Assembly: GCF_009914755.1 (NCBI RefSeq)
Contig: NC_060930.1
DNA length: 64,000 nucleotides
Source of the DNA: the human T2T-CHM13v2.0 reference genome, Homo sapiens
Reading direction: 5' to 3' (one strand)
This document shows positions 29,226 through 45,872 of the stretch, in pieces. Below the pieces are notes generated by a model. The model saw only the letters and a list, made by a program, of their open reading frames with translations. It was not told the DNA's origin and did not search any database. Numbering within the stretch: the stretch's first letter is position 1; each line of letters opens with the position of its first letter. A program made the translations under genes and the position numbers.

Positions 29226-30075
29226 TTTTGTTGTTGTTATTGTTTTTGTTTTCTGAGATGATCTCATTCTGTTGACCAGGGTAAAGTGCAATGGCATGAT
29301 TCTAGCTCACACTGCAGCCTCTACCTCCCAGGCTCAAGGGACCCTCCTGCCTCAGCCTCCCGAATAGCTGTGACTACAGGTGTGTTACATCCAGGTTCTT
29401 GGCATTTTGAACAAATAATTGGACAACATGCACAAACAAAGCAAGGAAAGAATGAAGCAAGGAAAGCAGAGATTTACTAAAACAAAAGTACACTCCACAG
29501 TGTACTCGAGTGGGACTGGGCTCGAGCAGGCAGCTCAAGAGTGCTGATTACAGAATTATCTGGGGTTTAAATACCCTCTAGAGGTTTCCCATTGGTTACT
29601 TGGTGTACACCCTATGTAAATAAAGTAGTGGCCCACAACCAGTCTGATTAAAGTAAAGTTACAAAGTTATACTCCTATGCATATGAAGACTAGGCCCACG
29701 ACCACTCTGACTGGGTGTGGGAGGGGACCAATCAGAGGTACTTTCCATTTTTCATCTGCCATGCAGAAAAGGATGGGCGGTTGCAAAGGGAAGTAGCCTC
29801 TGGTCCTTTTGTTACTTGGGTGTGGAAAGTTGGAGTTTTCCTTATGATTTAGTTCTAGGATATCAGCATGAATTGGCCTTAGGTTTCCTGCCTCCAGACC
29901 CTACTCTCCTGCCTCAGGTGCATGCCATGATTCCCCACTAATGTTTTAATTTTTTTGTAGAGACAAGGTCTCACTATGTTGCCCAGGCTAGTTTTGAACT
30001 CCTGGGCTCAAACAATCCTCCTAACTCAGCCTCCCAACATGCTAGGTTTACAGATGTGAGCCACCGCACCCAACC
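29226..30075 (-). mobile_element. AluJ split by a MER51 LTR (Alu parts 29226-29382 and 29917-30075)
   Basis: The Alu reads continuously tacagGTG|catgcca once the LTR and one TSD copy are removed. Confidence 0.88.
29383..29916 (-). mobile_element. MER51-family ERV1 solo LTR
   Basis: TG...CA termini. Minus strand starts TGAGGCAGGAGAGTAGGGTCTGGAGGCAGG. TSD GGTG (29379-29382 / 29917-29920). Homologous to 3544-4140. Confidence 0.88.
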
Positions 30076-30283
30076 AGGGAGATTAATTATTGACTAGGCG
30101 GGGGCATGAGGAAACTTTCTGAAATTCTGGAAATGTTCTATACTGTGATTTGAATAATGGTTACATGGGTGTATACATGTGTAAAAATTCATGAGGCGGT
30201 AGACTTTATATTTGTGCACTTTACTGTAATTCATGAGGCGGTAGACTTTATATTTGTGCACTTTACTGTAAAATGTGTATAAC

Positions 30284-30548
30284 TTTTTTTTTTTTTTTTG
30301 AAACAGTGTCTTGCTCTGGAGTGCAGCGGTGTGATCATGGCTCAGTGCAGCGTTGACTTCCTGACTTCAGCCTCCCAAGTAGCTGGGACTGCAGGCGTGC
30401 ACCATCATGACACTAATTTTTGTATTTTTGGTAGAGATGGGGTTTTGCCATGTTGCTCAGGCTGGTTTCAAACTCCTGAGCTCAATCGATTTGCCTGGCT
30501 TGGCCTCCCACAGTGGTGGGATTACAGGTGTGAGCCACTGTGCCTGGT
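30284..30548 (-). mobile_element. AluJ with deletions
   Basis: Poly(T) plus antisense body. Confidence 0.85.
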
Positions 30549-31255
30549 CGATACGTTACAATTTGATTTTTTAAAATAATAATTAAAAAGAAAGGAGAGA
30601 AGCTATAGATGCTAAGGCAACCGGGGCTCAGGTTCTCTTCTTCAAAGCTCAGGGAAGCCCAGGCAAACCTGAGAGCAGATGAGGGTATATGCCTTTCATG
30701 AGTCCTTAGCCTGTCCCCCACTCATCCTCCATTCACAAGAAATGGTGAACGGCTCTGAAATCGGAGAAAGTCTACCAAGTGTTCCATCTGGTGCACAGCT
30801 CTGGGCTATCTGATTCTGAGGGGCTTCTGCCTTTCATTGCCTCTGAGCTCTTTTATAACTTGGTAAGTTGCACAAAACTGAGGGTAAAGTAAATAGTTCT
30901 TGTCCATAGAAATGTCCCTGAAGTTTGTCTGATAGAAGTGCCGTTGACTATTGGCTTGTAGATATGGCCTGTTTTTCATCTATTTGCAACTTCATTTCCT
31001 GGTGGCCTATAATGGATCTACTCTTCGGACTCTCCTTTGAACTGGTTGTAACATCTTACTGGTTCCCTCATTACCTAGTAAGCTAAAGTCTTTGACATGT
31101 ATTAGTTTTCTACTTACATGAAAGTCATGATCTCTTTAACATTCTCTTACCCCAATTCCCTTTCTACCACCTTCTCTAGATGTCTCAATGTCCATTTCAC
31201 ACCAGGGTCAGCAACTCCGCAGCCACCGCATGGGGGCTACTCACAGAAGCTGAGT

Positions 31256-31335
31256 TCCCTCTGCCTTGGGGAAAATAAGTTTGGCATACTTACAGACACA
31301 AGACAGCCTCTCCCCCACACCCTTTCTCACAGAGG
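31256..31335 (-). ncRNA. MIR1275: MIR1275 precursor; mature GUGGGGGAGAGGCUGUC at 31318-31302
   Basis: Plus strand gacagcctctcccccac (31302-31318) is the reverse complement of the recalled miR-1275 mature sequence. Flanks CCUCUG/CAGAGG and UGGGGGAGA/UUUUCCCCA can pair. The position downstream of GRM4 agrees with recalled annotation. Confidence 0.9.
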
Positions 31336-32139
31336 AGTCCTTAGATGGTGATCTTGGTGAAGACCAAAGACTTGTGGGTCCTGGGTAAAAACTTGGTGAG
31401 GTATTTCTGCCCATCCCAACATCTTTGTCCCGCCAAGCTGGAGGTCCCATGGTGAGCCCCAGAGGGAAGGAAGGGGAGGGGGCTGCGAGAGGAGGCGAAG
31501 AGGGAAGGCGACTCACCCTGTTCTTGGTTCAAAGAGCTGGGTGTGTGGAGACAGAAGAAGTGGAACTGACCCTCCTGTTGAGGCAGAGCCTGGGGAGCCC
31601 TGCTGGGCTTGGGGAGGCCCTGAGGCCCAAGCACCTTCCTGAACCTTCAAAGGCAGCTTTTTTTCAAGGAGGGACACTGGGCAATTGCTGTGCCAGGCTG
31701 AGCACACAAAATCAATGGTGCCTGCTAATGAAGGGGCGCCGCCACCAGGGGTGCTGGCCTGGGGTGCTGGACTGCCACCAGGGTCCTGCCCTGGGCACTC
31801 CATGTCTCTCCAGCTCCCGAAACTGCCTCTTCCAAAACCCAGGCGAAGTCCATCATCCCTCCTTCCATCCCCACTTCTCCCAGACCTACGTGCCCACTGA
31901 GGGGCTCTCTGGAGACCAGAACAATACCCAGAGACTTCAGAGGCAGTGAGAGGGCTTGAGGGCAGAACTGAGGGAGCACAGGGGGCTGAGGGTGTGACAG
32001 TCAGGAGGCAGAGAGTCGGAGGCAGAGAGTAGCTGTGGACAGGAACAGGAGGTCACAGCCCTGCCCCCACACATGTCCTGCTCCCCAAAGACTAGAACAC
32101 AGAAGGAAGGCCCTAGAGAAACACAGAAGGAAACCCCTA

Positions 32140-32701
<562 letters not shown>

Positions 32702-33109
32702 TCATTTGAGAATGTGGGGAACCTCTATCATCACTGAATGTTCCACAAGTATTTACGTAGGATCTTTGGCCTTCACCAAGATCACAATCTAGGGGCTCCT
32801 CTGTTAGGAAGGATGTAGGGGAGAGGCTGCCTCAAGTCGTGCTTGTCTCACATTGTGTCTATAAACATGCAAAACTTGTTTCCCCCAAGCAACAGAGGGA
32901 GAGTTGAGAATCTTTCTATGCTGTCTCAAGCATGGCTCTCCCCTCAGCCTCACCCTAATCCTGCAGGGAGGTATTGGTATTGCTTTTAGAGAGGACAAAA
33001 TGAGGACCGAGAGCAGAAGTGACTTGCTCAAGGTCTCATGGCAAGGAGAGGGGCAGACCCGGGATTTGAACCCGGGGCACGATGGGGACCTTTCAAACCC
33101 CAGGGCCAC

Positions 33110-33730
33110 GCAATGACCACATCTGGCCGGGCAGGAAGGAGGTGGTTTGAAATCAAAGGTGGGGGGCAGTTCAATCGATAAATCAAGCCGCCTCCCCCTC
33201 GCCCTCCAACTGGTTTGCACACTTGTCCAGGGAGGGTTCAAGAAGAGTTTACAAGCTGCGTGATGGGAAGAGGCTGCGTGATGGGAAGAGGCAAGCTAAC
33301 TAACCCTCGCGGGTGTGGACGAGGGCCACGACCACGGGATGAAGAGAGCTAGAGGGGTCCTGGAGCTGAGGGGCCTTTCTGCAGGGTCTGGGAGCGGGCT
33401 TCCAGAGTGGGGCGGGCTGGCTTCCGCGGTCTCCATGGCGACGCGAGGGCGCTGGGAGAGGCCTCTCCGGATAGATCTAGCTCCAGTCAGACTCAATCCC
33501 GAGTGAAATGGATTTTTTAATAAATCTATTAGCTGCTTTGAAAACGCAAATTGAGTTCAGGAGAGACATCAGCCGCCATAAGAAAACAATTTGACGTCTG
33601 AGGCCCTCGGGGGGAAGGGGACGCCCCAGCGCAGGGTACCCCCCACCAAGCCTGAGCCTAGCCTTGGTGAGGCGAAGAGAGGGTGGCCTCTCTCCAGGGC
33701 CTTTACGCCTCGCCCGTCCCCAGGGTTCGT
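33110..33730. promoter_or_regulatory. CpG-enriched candidate promoter/enhancer with RFX X-box-like site
   Basis: Non-repeat CpG cluster. GC box ggggcggg near 33408. GTCTCCATGGCGAC at 33429-33442. Confidence 0.5.
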
Positions 33731-35129
33731 GGATTTAGCTGGAGTTGTGGGCCAGCTCTTCTACAGAATTGAGCAAACTGCGGCCCATAGGGAAGCCAGG
33801 TCTCCTGAGGGGCACAATCCCGGAAGGCTTCCTGAAGGAGGTAGGATTCTGAGGGGCCTTTGAAGAGGTACACTCAGCAAATCCTGGACTCAGGTAAAAT
33901 ATAAGACCCAGCCAGCTTTTGCCCAGAGCTTTGCAATTTATAAACGACTCTCTGGTTCGCTCTTAGTCCTCTTCATGATGATAGGGGCGGAGTAATTAGG
34001 AGCCCATTTTACAGTTGAGGAAACGGAGACTGGGGGGCCTTAAGGATAAAAGGCTTGTTGCCATGGTCATTCAGGCAGGGTCAAGGCCAGAATTCCCAGT
34101 TTCCCTTAGGGGAAGGAGCTGGAGGAGCCGGCCTGGGCCACAGGGCTTGGGGAGCTGGGGCCCGAGTTGGGATGGTTGGGGCTGGGGAGTTGGGCTGGCC
34201 TCTCTATTGAGGCTAAGGAGGGCTCTGGAGGAGGTGGGAGATAAGAGGAAGAGCTGGGGTCTGGCGCTTAGGTACACAATTACTTTCTTCCGTTATCATC
34301 ATGTCGGTCTGGAGCCTTCTTTGCATATGCAAATGAGTGCATCCTCCCACAATTACACAGTACTCAGGAGCAAATTACCTTCTTGCTGTTTACTTTCAGC
34401 GTCCTTAATTAATCCGGTTATTAGACGATTAATAAAGCTTGTTTGGTGAGAAATTCATAGCAAGAATGGACAAGGGGGTGTGTACGCATAAGGTGTGGGA
34501 CCAGGGGAGGTGCTGTCTTTACCCAGAAATAGAGACAGTCCCTGAGTTTCCCCTCAGCACTCTCTCCTTCTCAGCCTCTCCCCTGTCGTCCCCAATTTGT
34601 TGCACACACCCTAGCCCCACCCCACCTTTCCCCATCCCGCCATTCCCAGCTTCCTCTTACAGCCCATCACCTCCTCCATGAAGCCTCTGTGGATGGGAAG
34701 GCAGCCCTTAGTGTTCTCCAGAGTCCCTTGAGTGGGGACTAGAGTCCCAAGCAAGATCAGAGGTCTAGGGTCAGCCCCAGGCCTCCCACTGCCTTTAGGG
34801 TCAATTCCAAGTCCCCCAACTCCCACTGCTCTCCCCAGACTGTAGCCAGGCAGTGCTGCAAAGGCAGCCCTCACCCTCTCCAATCAAAAGGAACCCCCAA
34901 CAGCCCGTGTTCCAAAGGGATGTGAGAGGTTCCCTCTGTGGATGTGAAACCACCAGGCCCCATTTGAGGGATCATTAAGATGATATACATTTTTAATTTT
35001 AATAGTAATGGTCTGAGCCCCCACCTGCTCGTGCTAGCAGTAATCCAGCATTTCTCCTAGGGTCCCCTTCACTAGGTCATTTCTGGGCACCCCAGAACAG
35101 TGTTCATGTCCCATAGATCCATCCTGGGG

Positions 35130-36530
35130 TCATTGTAATCTGACTTTTTTCTATCCACCTGCTTTTAAGATCTTTTTAGGTTTCTGCAGTTTCACTATGA
35201 TGTTTGTAGGTCTGGGTTTCTCCTTATTTACTCTGCTCAGATCTTTATATTTCCTTCCCAGGATTTATCTTATCATTTCTGAAAAATTTCTAATCAACAC
35301 ATTGTTAAATATTGCCTCTCCCATTCTCTCAGTGATCTCCTCTGGAATTCCTAGATGACATTTGTTCAACTCCCCTTTCTGTATTCCATATTTTTATTCC
35401 TGTTGTTCATATTTTTCTATCTGTGCTGCATTATAGCTAATGATTTCTTCATATCTGTTTTCCAGTTCACTAATTATCTCTTCAGGTGTATCTAATATGC
35501 TGTCTAACCCATCTATTGGGTTTTAAATTTCAATATTATCATTTTCATTTCTGAGTCTATTTGTTCATTTTCATAATTTGCTTGGTTATCCTGATAGCAT
35601 CTTTATTTCTTTAAACATTTTAAATATGATATTTAAAAAAGAAATATTCTGGGCCAGATGCAGTTGGCTCATGCCTATAATACCAGCACTTTGGGAGGCT
35701 GAGGTGGGAGGATCACTTGAGGTCATGAGTTTGAGACCACCAACATAATGAGACATAGTGAGACCTTGTCTCTACAAAAAAAGAAAAAAAAAACCCAGCC
35801 AAGCACAGTGATGTGAGCCTGTCATCCTAGCTGCTCAGGAAGCTGAGGTAAGAGGATCACTTGAACCCAGAAGGTAGAGGCTTCAGTGAGCCAAGATCAC
35901 ATCATCATTGCACTCCACCCTGGGTGACAGATGGAGACCTTGTCTCTAAAATACACACACACACACATATACATATATATACTCTGGATCTGATTATTCC
36001 AATATCTTAAGTCTTGAAGGTCTACTTCTGCCATTTGTGGTTTTTACTGACTTCCTTGTGATCAGTTGTTTCCCTGTATGCTTTGTAATTCTGTATTGTA
36101 AACTTGAGCTTAGCTGGTCTCTATCCATGGGAATCTTGTACAGCAAAAGTTGAAGGTGTGTCCCTCCCAAGAGAATTTGCTTTTGCTTCTGCCAGCCAGG
36201 TGGCTAGGTGCTACTAACACACTTGGAGTTAGTTCCACCACCTGGCATTTCCTGGAACACACATAACGCAAACATTTACCTATACCCCTGTGTGGTCAGG
36301 CTTGTGATTACAAAATTTAAAGAAGGCTTTTATTTTTTCCTACAAAGAGCACATGCCAAAATAGACAAATGTTCTTATCATTTCTCTTTGCCACCGAATG
36401 GATGTTTTTCTCTATCCTTCCACAAAAAGTGTAGACTTTTGAAAGTCTTAGTTTTTTTGTGGAGCTCTCAATTACAACTGCCCACTGCCCTGGGCCCACA
36501 GCCCTTCTTCCTTGTGGGGCCCTTTACAAC
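35130..36530 (-). mobile_element. Old L1M relic (ORF1/5' region, antisense)
   Basis: T-rich, with tgcagtttcactatgatg, tccagttcactaatt, gtatctaatatgctgtctaacccatctattg. Confidence 0.7.
35652..35980 (+). mobile_element. AluJ with (CA)n/(TA)n tail
   Basis: Diverged dimer. Confidence 0.88.
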
Positions 36531-36543
36531 CAAGCCTCTAGGC

Positions 36544-36758
36544 CTGTGGTTCTCCACCTGGACGATTTTGTCCCCCAGGAGACATTTGGCAAAGTCTGGC
36601 AACATTTCTGATTGTCACACTAGAGGAGGAAAGTGCTACGGGCATCTGGTGGGTGAGGCCAGGGGTGCTGCTAGACATCCTACAATGCATGGGACAGCCC
36701 CTCACAACAAAGAATAATCAGGCCCAAAGTGCCCATCATGCTGCTGTTGGGAAACCTG
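36544..36758 (+). mobile_element. MER20 (hAT-Charlie non-autonomous)
   Basis: gtggttctc...gattttgtcccccaggagacatttggcaa...gaggccaggggtgctgctagacatcctacaatgca...ttgggaaacctg matches the MER20 layout. Confidence 0.85.
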
Positions 36759-37985
36759 GATCTGGTTCTTGGAGAAGCATGATCTGCAAACCACCTGAGG
36801 CCTCCCAACAGCTTCAGAGTCCCCTACACTCAGGCTTCCAGCACCCTCTTTATGTTTGACACCCTGAAGGTTTTCCTTGTATTCATTCATTCATTTTACA
36901 AACCCAGCCATGTATTGAAAAAGAATGGTTGTTTCATTTTGTGGAGCACTTCTGGGTGTTCTGTGGATGGCGATTCCTCAAGGCATCCACTGTCCCTCGT
37001 GCCTGCATCCTTCTCTCTAATGTTTACTGCTCCAGCTCGCCTCTCTCTGCCTGGTAACCACCTTTTTTATTTCACCCCCTCTCCCTGCACCAGTGTGCAG
37101 CTGGAAGCCCAGAGCATGTGCTACTGAAGGTTTGGGAGACAATCAGCAGGGTCCTGAGAGTGTGTGACCTGCCTGCCAGCAGCAGTTGCTCTTGAGGCTC
37201 ACAAACCCACAAATCCCACCCTCCTTGTGGCCCCTGCCAGATTCCATGAAGCCAAGGCCTGATTCCACAACTTCCTGCCTCTCCAGATCTCCAGGTCTCT
37301 TCACCTCCCTGGCTCACAGCCTCAGGCTGTCCTCTCCTGCACCCCCCTCCCTACTCATGGCTCTAGACCCAAGCGATGCCTGCAGCAGGAATACTCATTG
37401 CTTCCTGCAGAGTCTGTGTCAGCCTGGTTCACTCTGGGCCACACAACGTGCTCAGTACTGACTTGTTGAATGAATAAATGGATGATTGAACGAATGAATG
37501 AATGAATGAGGACTGCCTCTGGGACTAGGCAAGGCAATCATAATAACTGTAAAATACATCTCCAGAGTCTGGTTGTTCAACATCAAAGTGACACCATGTT
37601 GGGACAGCCACAGTTCAGTCTAAATGTGCATTTAGAGAAAAGCATTTCCCTAATGCTTCAAGGGCACAGCCGGGATAGAGACGCTCCCAATTTACATGAC
37701 TAAACAGCACACTCGACGCGGCAAACTGCAGCATCTGCATTCCAATTTGTGGTGGATGACTTTTCAGTTTCCTCTGCAAACAAATGGGGGTGGGCTCTGG
37801 CTTGCTTGTGTGGAACTAAAGGGCCCCACCTGGAGTGAAGAAAAAGCAAACAGAATCTGTTCCAAAGTAGTTCATTCTGCACCTCCAGAAACACAGACTT
37901 TCAGTAACCCCAGTTGGCCTCTCTCTCCATAAAACAAAGCAAGGTCTCTGTCCTTCTAATGGCGCCTAGAATTTCAGGCATTTGC

Positions 37986-39320
<1,335 letters not shown>

Positions 39321-39917
39321 CGGGTGTGTGTCAGGCCCCATCCTGCTTAAAGCCTCCCAGCGGCCTTCCAGTGGATGCCTAGGTCCCGGCCTCTCCACCC
39401 TCACTTCACTCCGCCCTCCACCCCAATCCCTCTGTGCTGCTTCATGGGCCTCCTTCAATTTCTTAAACTTGCCAGACCAGCCCCCTTCCCACCCCAGGGC
39501 CTAGCACATGCTATCCCCTTTCCCTGAAACACCTTCTCCCGGGCTTTCCCTGACTTCTTCCTTTTTCTGTGGGTCTCATCTCAAACGCTGCCTCCTCAGG
39601 TGGCCTTCTGTGACTCCCCATTCTAAAGTAATCACACACGCACATGCACACACACACACCATTATTTTCTCTCAAGAGACCCTGTTCATGTCTTTTAAAG
39701 CTCTTATTACAAACTGTCATTATCTGGATATGAGTATGTTGATTTGAGAAATGTCTGTCCCCTCTTCCCCACTTGACCATAAGCTTCATGAGACAAGGAA
39801 CATTAACTGTTTTTCACCACTGTGACACGGTTGGATGAGTGACTGGGGAACCAAAACAAACACTGGTTGATGGTATGCTATGTTCTCGATACCGTGCCAA
39901 ACTTTTCCATACCCAAC

Positions 39918-40295
39918 TGTGGTAGCCGTTGTCATGGCTCACCAATAGCTCCAGTTCTCCTCTTCTAGGCAATAGGATTACATATCCTCACCCCTCTTGA
40001 GGTGTGGCTGCAGGACTTGCTTTGACAATGAAATATGAGAGAAAGAACATGTGCTGCTTTCAGGTGGAAGCACGAAGAGCCAGCGTGCAGTTCTCCATAT
40101 TCTCTTCCCCTGCCAGGGAAGCCTCGCATGAAGATTGGAGGAGCCTGCGTCATCTGCAATCCCCGAGTCACTATAATGAGCAGACCCCCCTCCCCGGATA
40201 GATAGTGTGAGTGAGGAAAAACAATCTTGTGCTTTTAAGCCACTGAGAATTTGTGACTGTCACACAGCATAACCCAGACCACATGACAAATAACA
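39918..40295 (+). mobile_element. MLT1 LTR relic
   Basis: tgtggtag start; ttttaagccactgagaatttgtgactgtcacacagcataacc end. Confidence 0.65.
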
Positions 40296-40559
40296 CTGCA
40301 CTCATTTAATTCTTCCAGCAACCCTGTGACATGCTGTCTGCACCCACTGCTCAGAACCATTCAACCAACACATATTGAGTCCCTAGGAGAGGAAGGCACT
40401 GACCCCACAAGCAGAAATAAGATATGGCCCCCAAGAAGCTTATGGTCTGGGATGCAGAAATAGCCAAGAAAGCACAATAAAATGTAGTGTAGTGGAGGTA
40501 CAGCAGAAGGACTATTCTTGGAAGAGGGAATGCCAAAGTAGAATCTTTTTTCAAAAAAT

Positions 40560-40690
40560 ATTATTGTTGTTATTTTAAAGACAAGGTCTCACTATATTGT
40601 CCAGGCTGGTCTCAGACTCTTGGCCTCAAGCAATCCTCCTGCCTCGACCTCCTGAGTAGCTAGGACTACAGTCTTGAGCCACCAATCTTG
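40560..40690 (-). mobile_element. Alu monomer (FLAM-like)
   Basis: Single antisense arm. Confidence 0.8.
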
Positions 40691-41804
40691 ACTTAATGGT
40701 GCCCGTTGTCCAAGCAGGTAGAGGTGGAGGTACCAGAAGGGATGGCATCCCTGGCACAGGGATTAGCCTACACAAAGCTCAACACTGGTGCATGCAGTGT
40801 GCACCAGCATGCCACTGGTGCATCAGTGGCATGTAGGTGCATTAGTTCAAGTAGATGCTAAGCTGCTCTTACAGACACTCCAAAATAGAATGGCTTAAAC
40901 CAGTAAGAACTTGAGTTCTTCCACACACAACGGCCCAGAGCTTGGTACTTCCAGGCTACAGTGCAGCTCTGCCATCCCTTAAACTTGACTTCAGTCTCTG
41001 AGTTCAAGGTGGCTACTCCCACTCCTGCCATCACATCTGCATTCCAGCAGGAGGGGAGAGGAAAGGGTTGAAAGGAGTACATGCCCATTCCTTTTAAAGA
41101 TATCACCTAGAAGCACAAGTCTTCACTCTCCCCTTCTGGCAGCTCCACCATCCAGTCATCCATGCCAGCATTGCCCCACTCCATCTGCTCAGTTATCTTC
41201 TGCATCCAACCGAGTCCCTCGTCCCCAGGCCCTCATCTCTCACCAGGCCCATAGCAATGGCCTCGTAACAGGTCTCCCAGCCTCCAGGCCAGACCCTTCC
41301 AACCCACCACCCACAGAGAGGTTGTCCAAATTCACAGCTCCACCTAGGTCACTCCCTTCTTAGAAGAAAGTCCAGGCCACTGGGTGTAGCCCACAGGCCC
41401 CCTCCCCTTGCCTTTGCCCGCCTCTTCAGCCTCATCTGTCACCCCTGGAGTGCTCATCTTGGTCTTCCCAGTATCTCTACTGGGCCTCTCTTCCCAAATA
41501 CGCTGTTGATCATCTCTGTCCTTTGCTCATCTCTGAAATCCCTTCCCTGTCTCCATTCCACCAGATGGACCTTTAGGGATAAGCTCAGGTGTTAACTCCT
41601 TCAGGAAGCTGACTCAGAGACCCTTTTCTGAGCTGCTGGTGTGTGTAGCCACTCTCCTCTTCCCCATATTTTATAATTGTTTCTTCAAGCTAGTTGCTCC
41701 ATGTCTCCAAGAACTGCAGTATATCTGGGCTCACAGTAGTGCTTGAAACACAATTGAATGGAGAAATGAATGGTGGAGGCAGAGACCAACCAGAGTGTCT
41801 TAGG

Positions 41805-42060
41805 GAGGCAGTGTGGAGTAGAGGCTAAGGGTGAGGACTGGAGCCAGACCGCCTGGGTTCAAATCCCAGCCCCACCTCCAACTCCTCCTGCTGCGTGCAC
41901 TTGAGCAAGATATATAACCTTTTTAAGCTCCAGTGTCTCCATTTGTAAAATGAGAACAAAAAGAGTACTTCCCCCATACACTTGTTGTAAAGATTAAACC
42001 GTTCAATACATGTAAAACTTAAAATAGTGCCTGGCACTGCATTAGCCCTTCTTGTTATTA
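41805..42060 (+). mobile_element. MIR
   Basis: ggagccagaccgcctgggttcaaatcccagc...catttgtaaaatgagaac. Confidence 0.85.
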
Positions 42061-42177
42061 AACTGGGGGCAGTGAGAAAGCTCAGGTGAAACCGAGCAGC
42101 GGAATCGCCTAATGGGATCTGTGTCCCAGAAAGACAGGAGGACACGCCCAGTGCCAACTGAAATGAAGGGACAGGGA

Positions 42178-42539
42178 TGTCTTAGTCAGTCTGGGCTGCT
42201 GTGACAAATGACCACAGACTGGGTGGCATATAAACAACAGAAAATTACTTCTTGCAATTTTGGAGGCTAGAATGCTGAGATCAGGGTGCCAGTATGGTCA
42301 GGCTCTGGTGAGGGCCGACAGCCTCTTTTTGTTGTATCCTCAATGTCAGAGAGCAGAGCAAGAGGCAGGCTCTCTCAGGATACTTACAAGGCATGAATCC
42401 CATTCCTGAGGCCTCTGCCCTTGTGACCTCATCTAATCCTAATCACCTCCCAAAGCCCCCACCTCCTAATACCACCACTTTGGGGGATAATATTTTAATA
42501 TATGAATTTGGGGAGGACATAGAGATTCAGTCTGTAACA
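42178..42539 (-). mobile_element. MLT1A/MST-type MaLR solo LTR
   Basis: tgtcttagtc...attcagtctgtaaca. 5-bp TSD AGGGA/AGGCA. Confidence 0.85.
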
Positions 42540-42544
42540 AGGCA

Positions 42545-44570
<2,026 letters not shown>

Positions 44571-44669
44571 GGCTATGCTGGGAGCCGGGGTGGCCCAGGT
44601 CTGTTCTCCTGGCACATAAGGAGGCGAGGCCAGGCATTCGAGGCCAGGCTGGGCAACATGGAAAGCTCT

Positions 44670-44674
44670 CATCC

Positions 44675-44713
<39 letters not shown>

Positions 44714-44765
44714 ATCTATCTGTCATCTATCAATTATCTATCTATCTATCTATCAATCATCTATA
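44670..44765. repeat. (TCTA)n tetranucleotide repeat after an Alu-monomer fragment
   Basis: Direct reading. Confidence 0.92.
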
Positions 44766-45155
44766 CATATACAAGGAATAAAGGCTGAAAGCTGCAGCAG
44801 GAGCTGGGAGACAGTGACAGCTGTCCAGGGGAGAGAGGTGATGAAGGCATGAATCCAGGAGGTGGCCCTGGGCATGGAAGCAGGCAGAGGGAATGTTGGG
44901 GATTAGCAACTGATGAGAGGTGGGAAAGGGGGCCTAGAATAAGGCACAGGTTTCTGGCTTGCATGGCTGCTGTCACCAAGATGGGGATCACGGGAGACAG
45001 GAAGAAGAAGACTTAAGAGAAGACCATAGGTTCCACCGTAGACAGTTCTGAGCAGTCAGTGGAGTGCTCAAAAGGAGGTTTGGAAGCTGGGAGAGATATA
45101 TAAATTTGGCACTCGTTTGATAGTATAGTAGTTAGGATAGAAAAAGCTATAAGTA

Positions 45156-45872
<717 letters not shown>

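Larger units (their letters stand above)
27740..30600 (+). mobile_element. Old L1M ORF2 C-terminus and 3'UTR, with nested Alus and MER51
   Basis: gatctgtagattcaacacaatcccaatc, cagcaattccattcctag, gaagtcagaatggtggttacct, ggttacatgggtgtatac. Confidence 0.88.
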
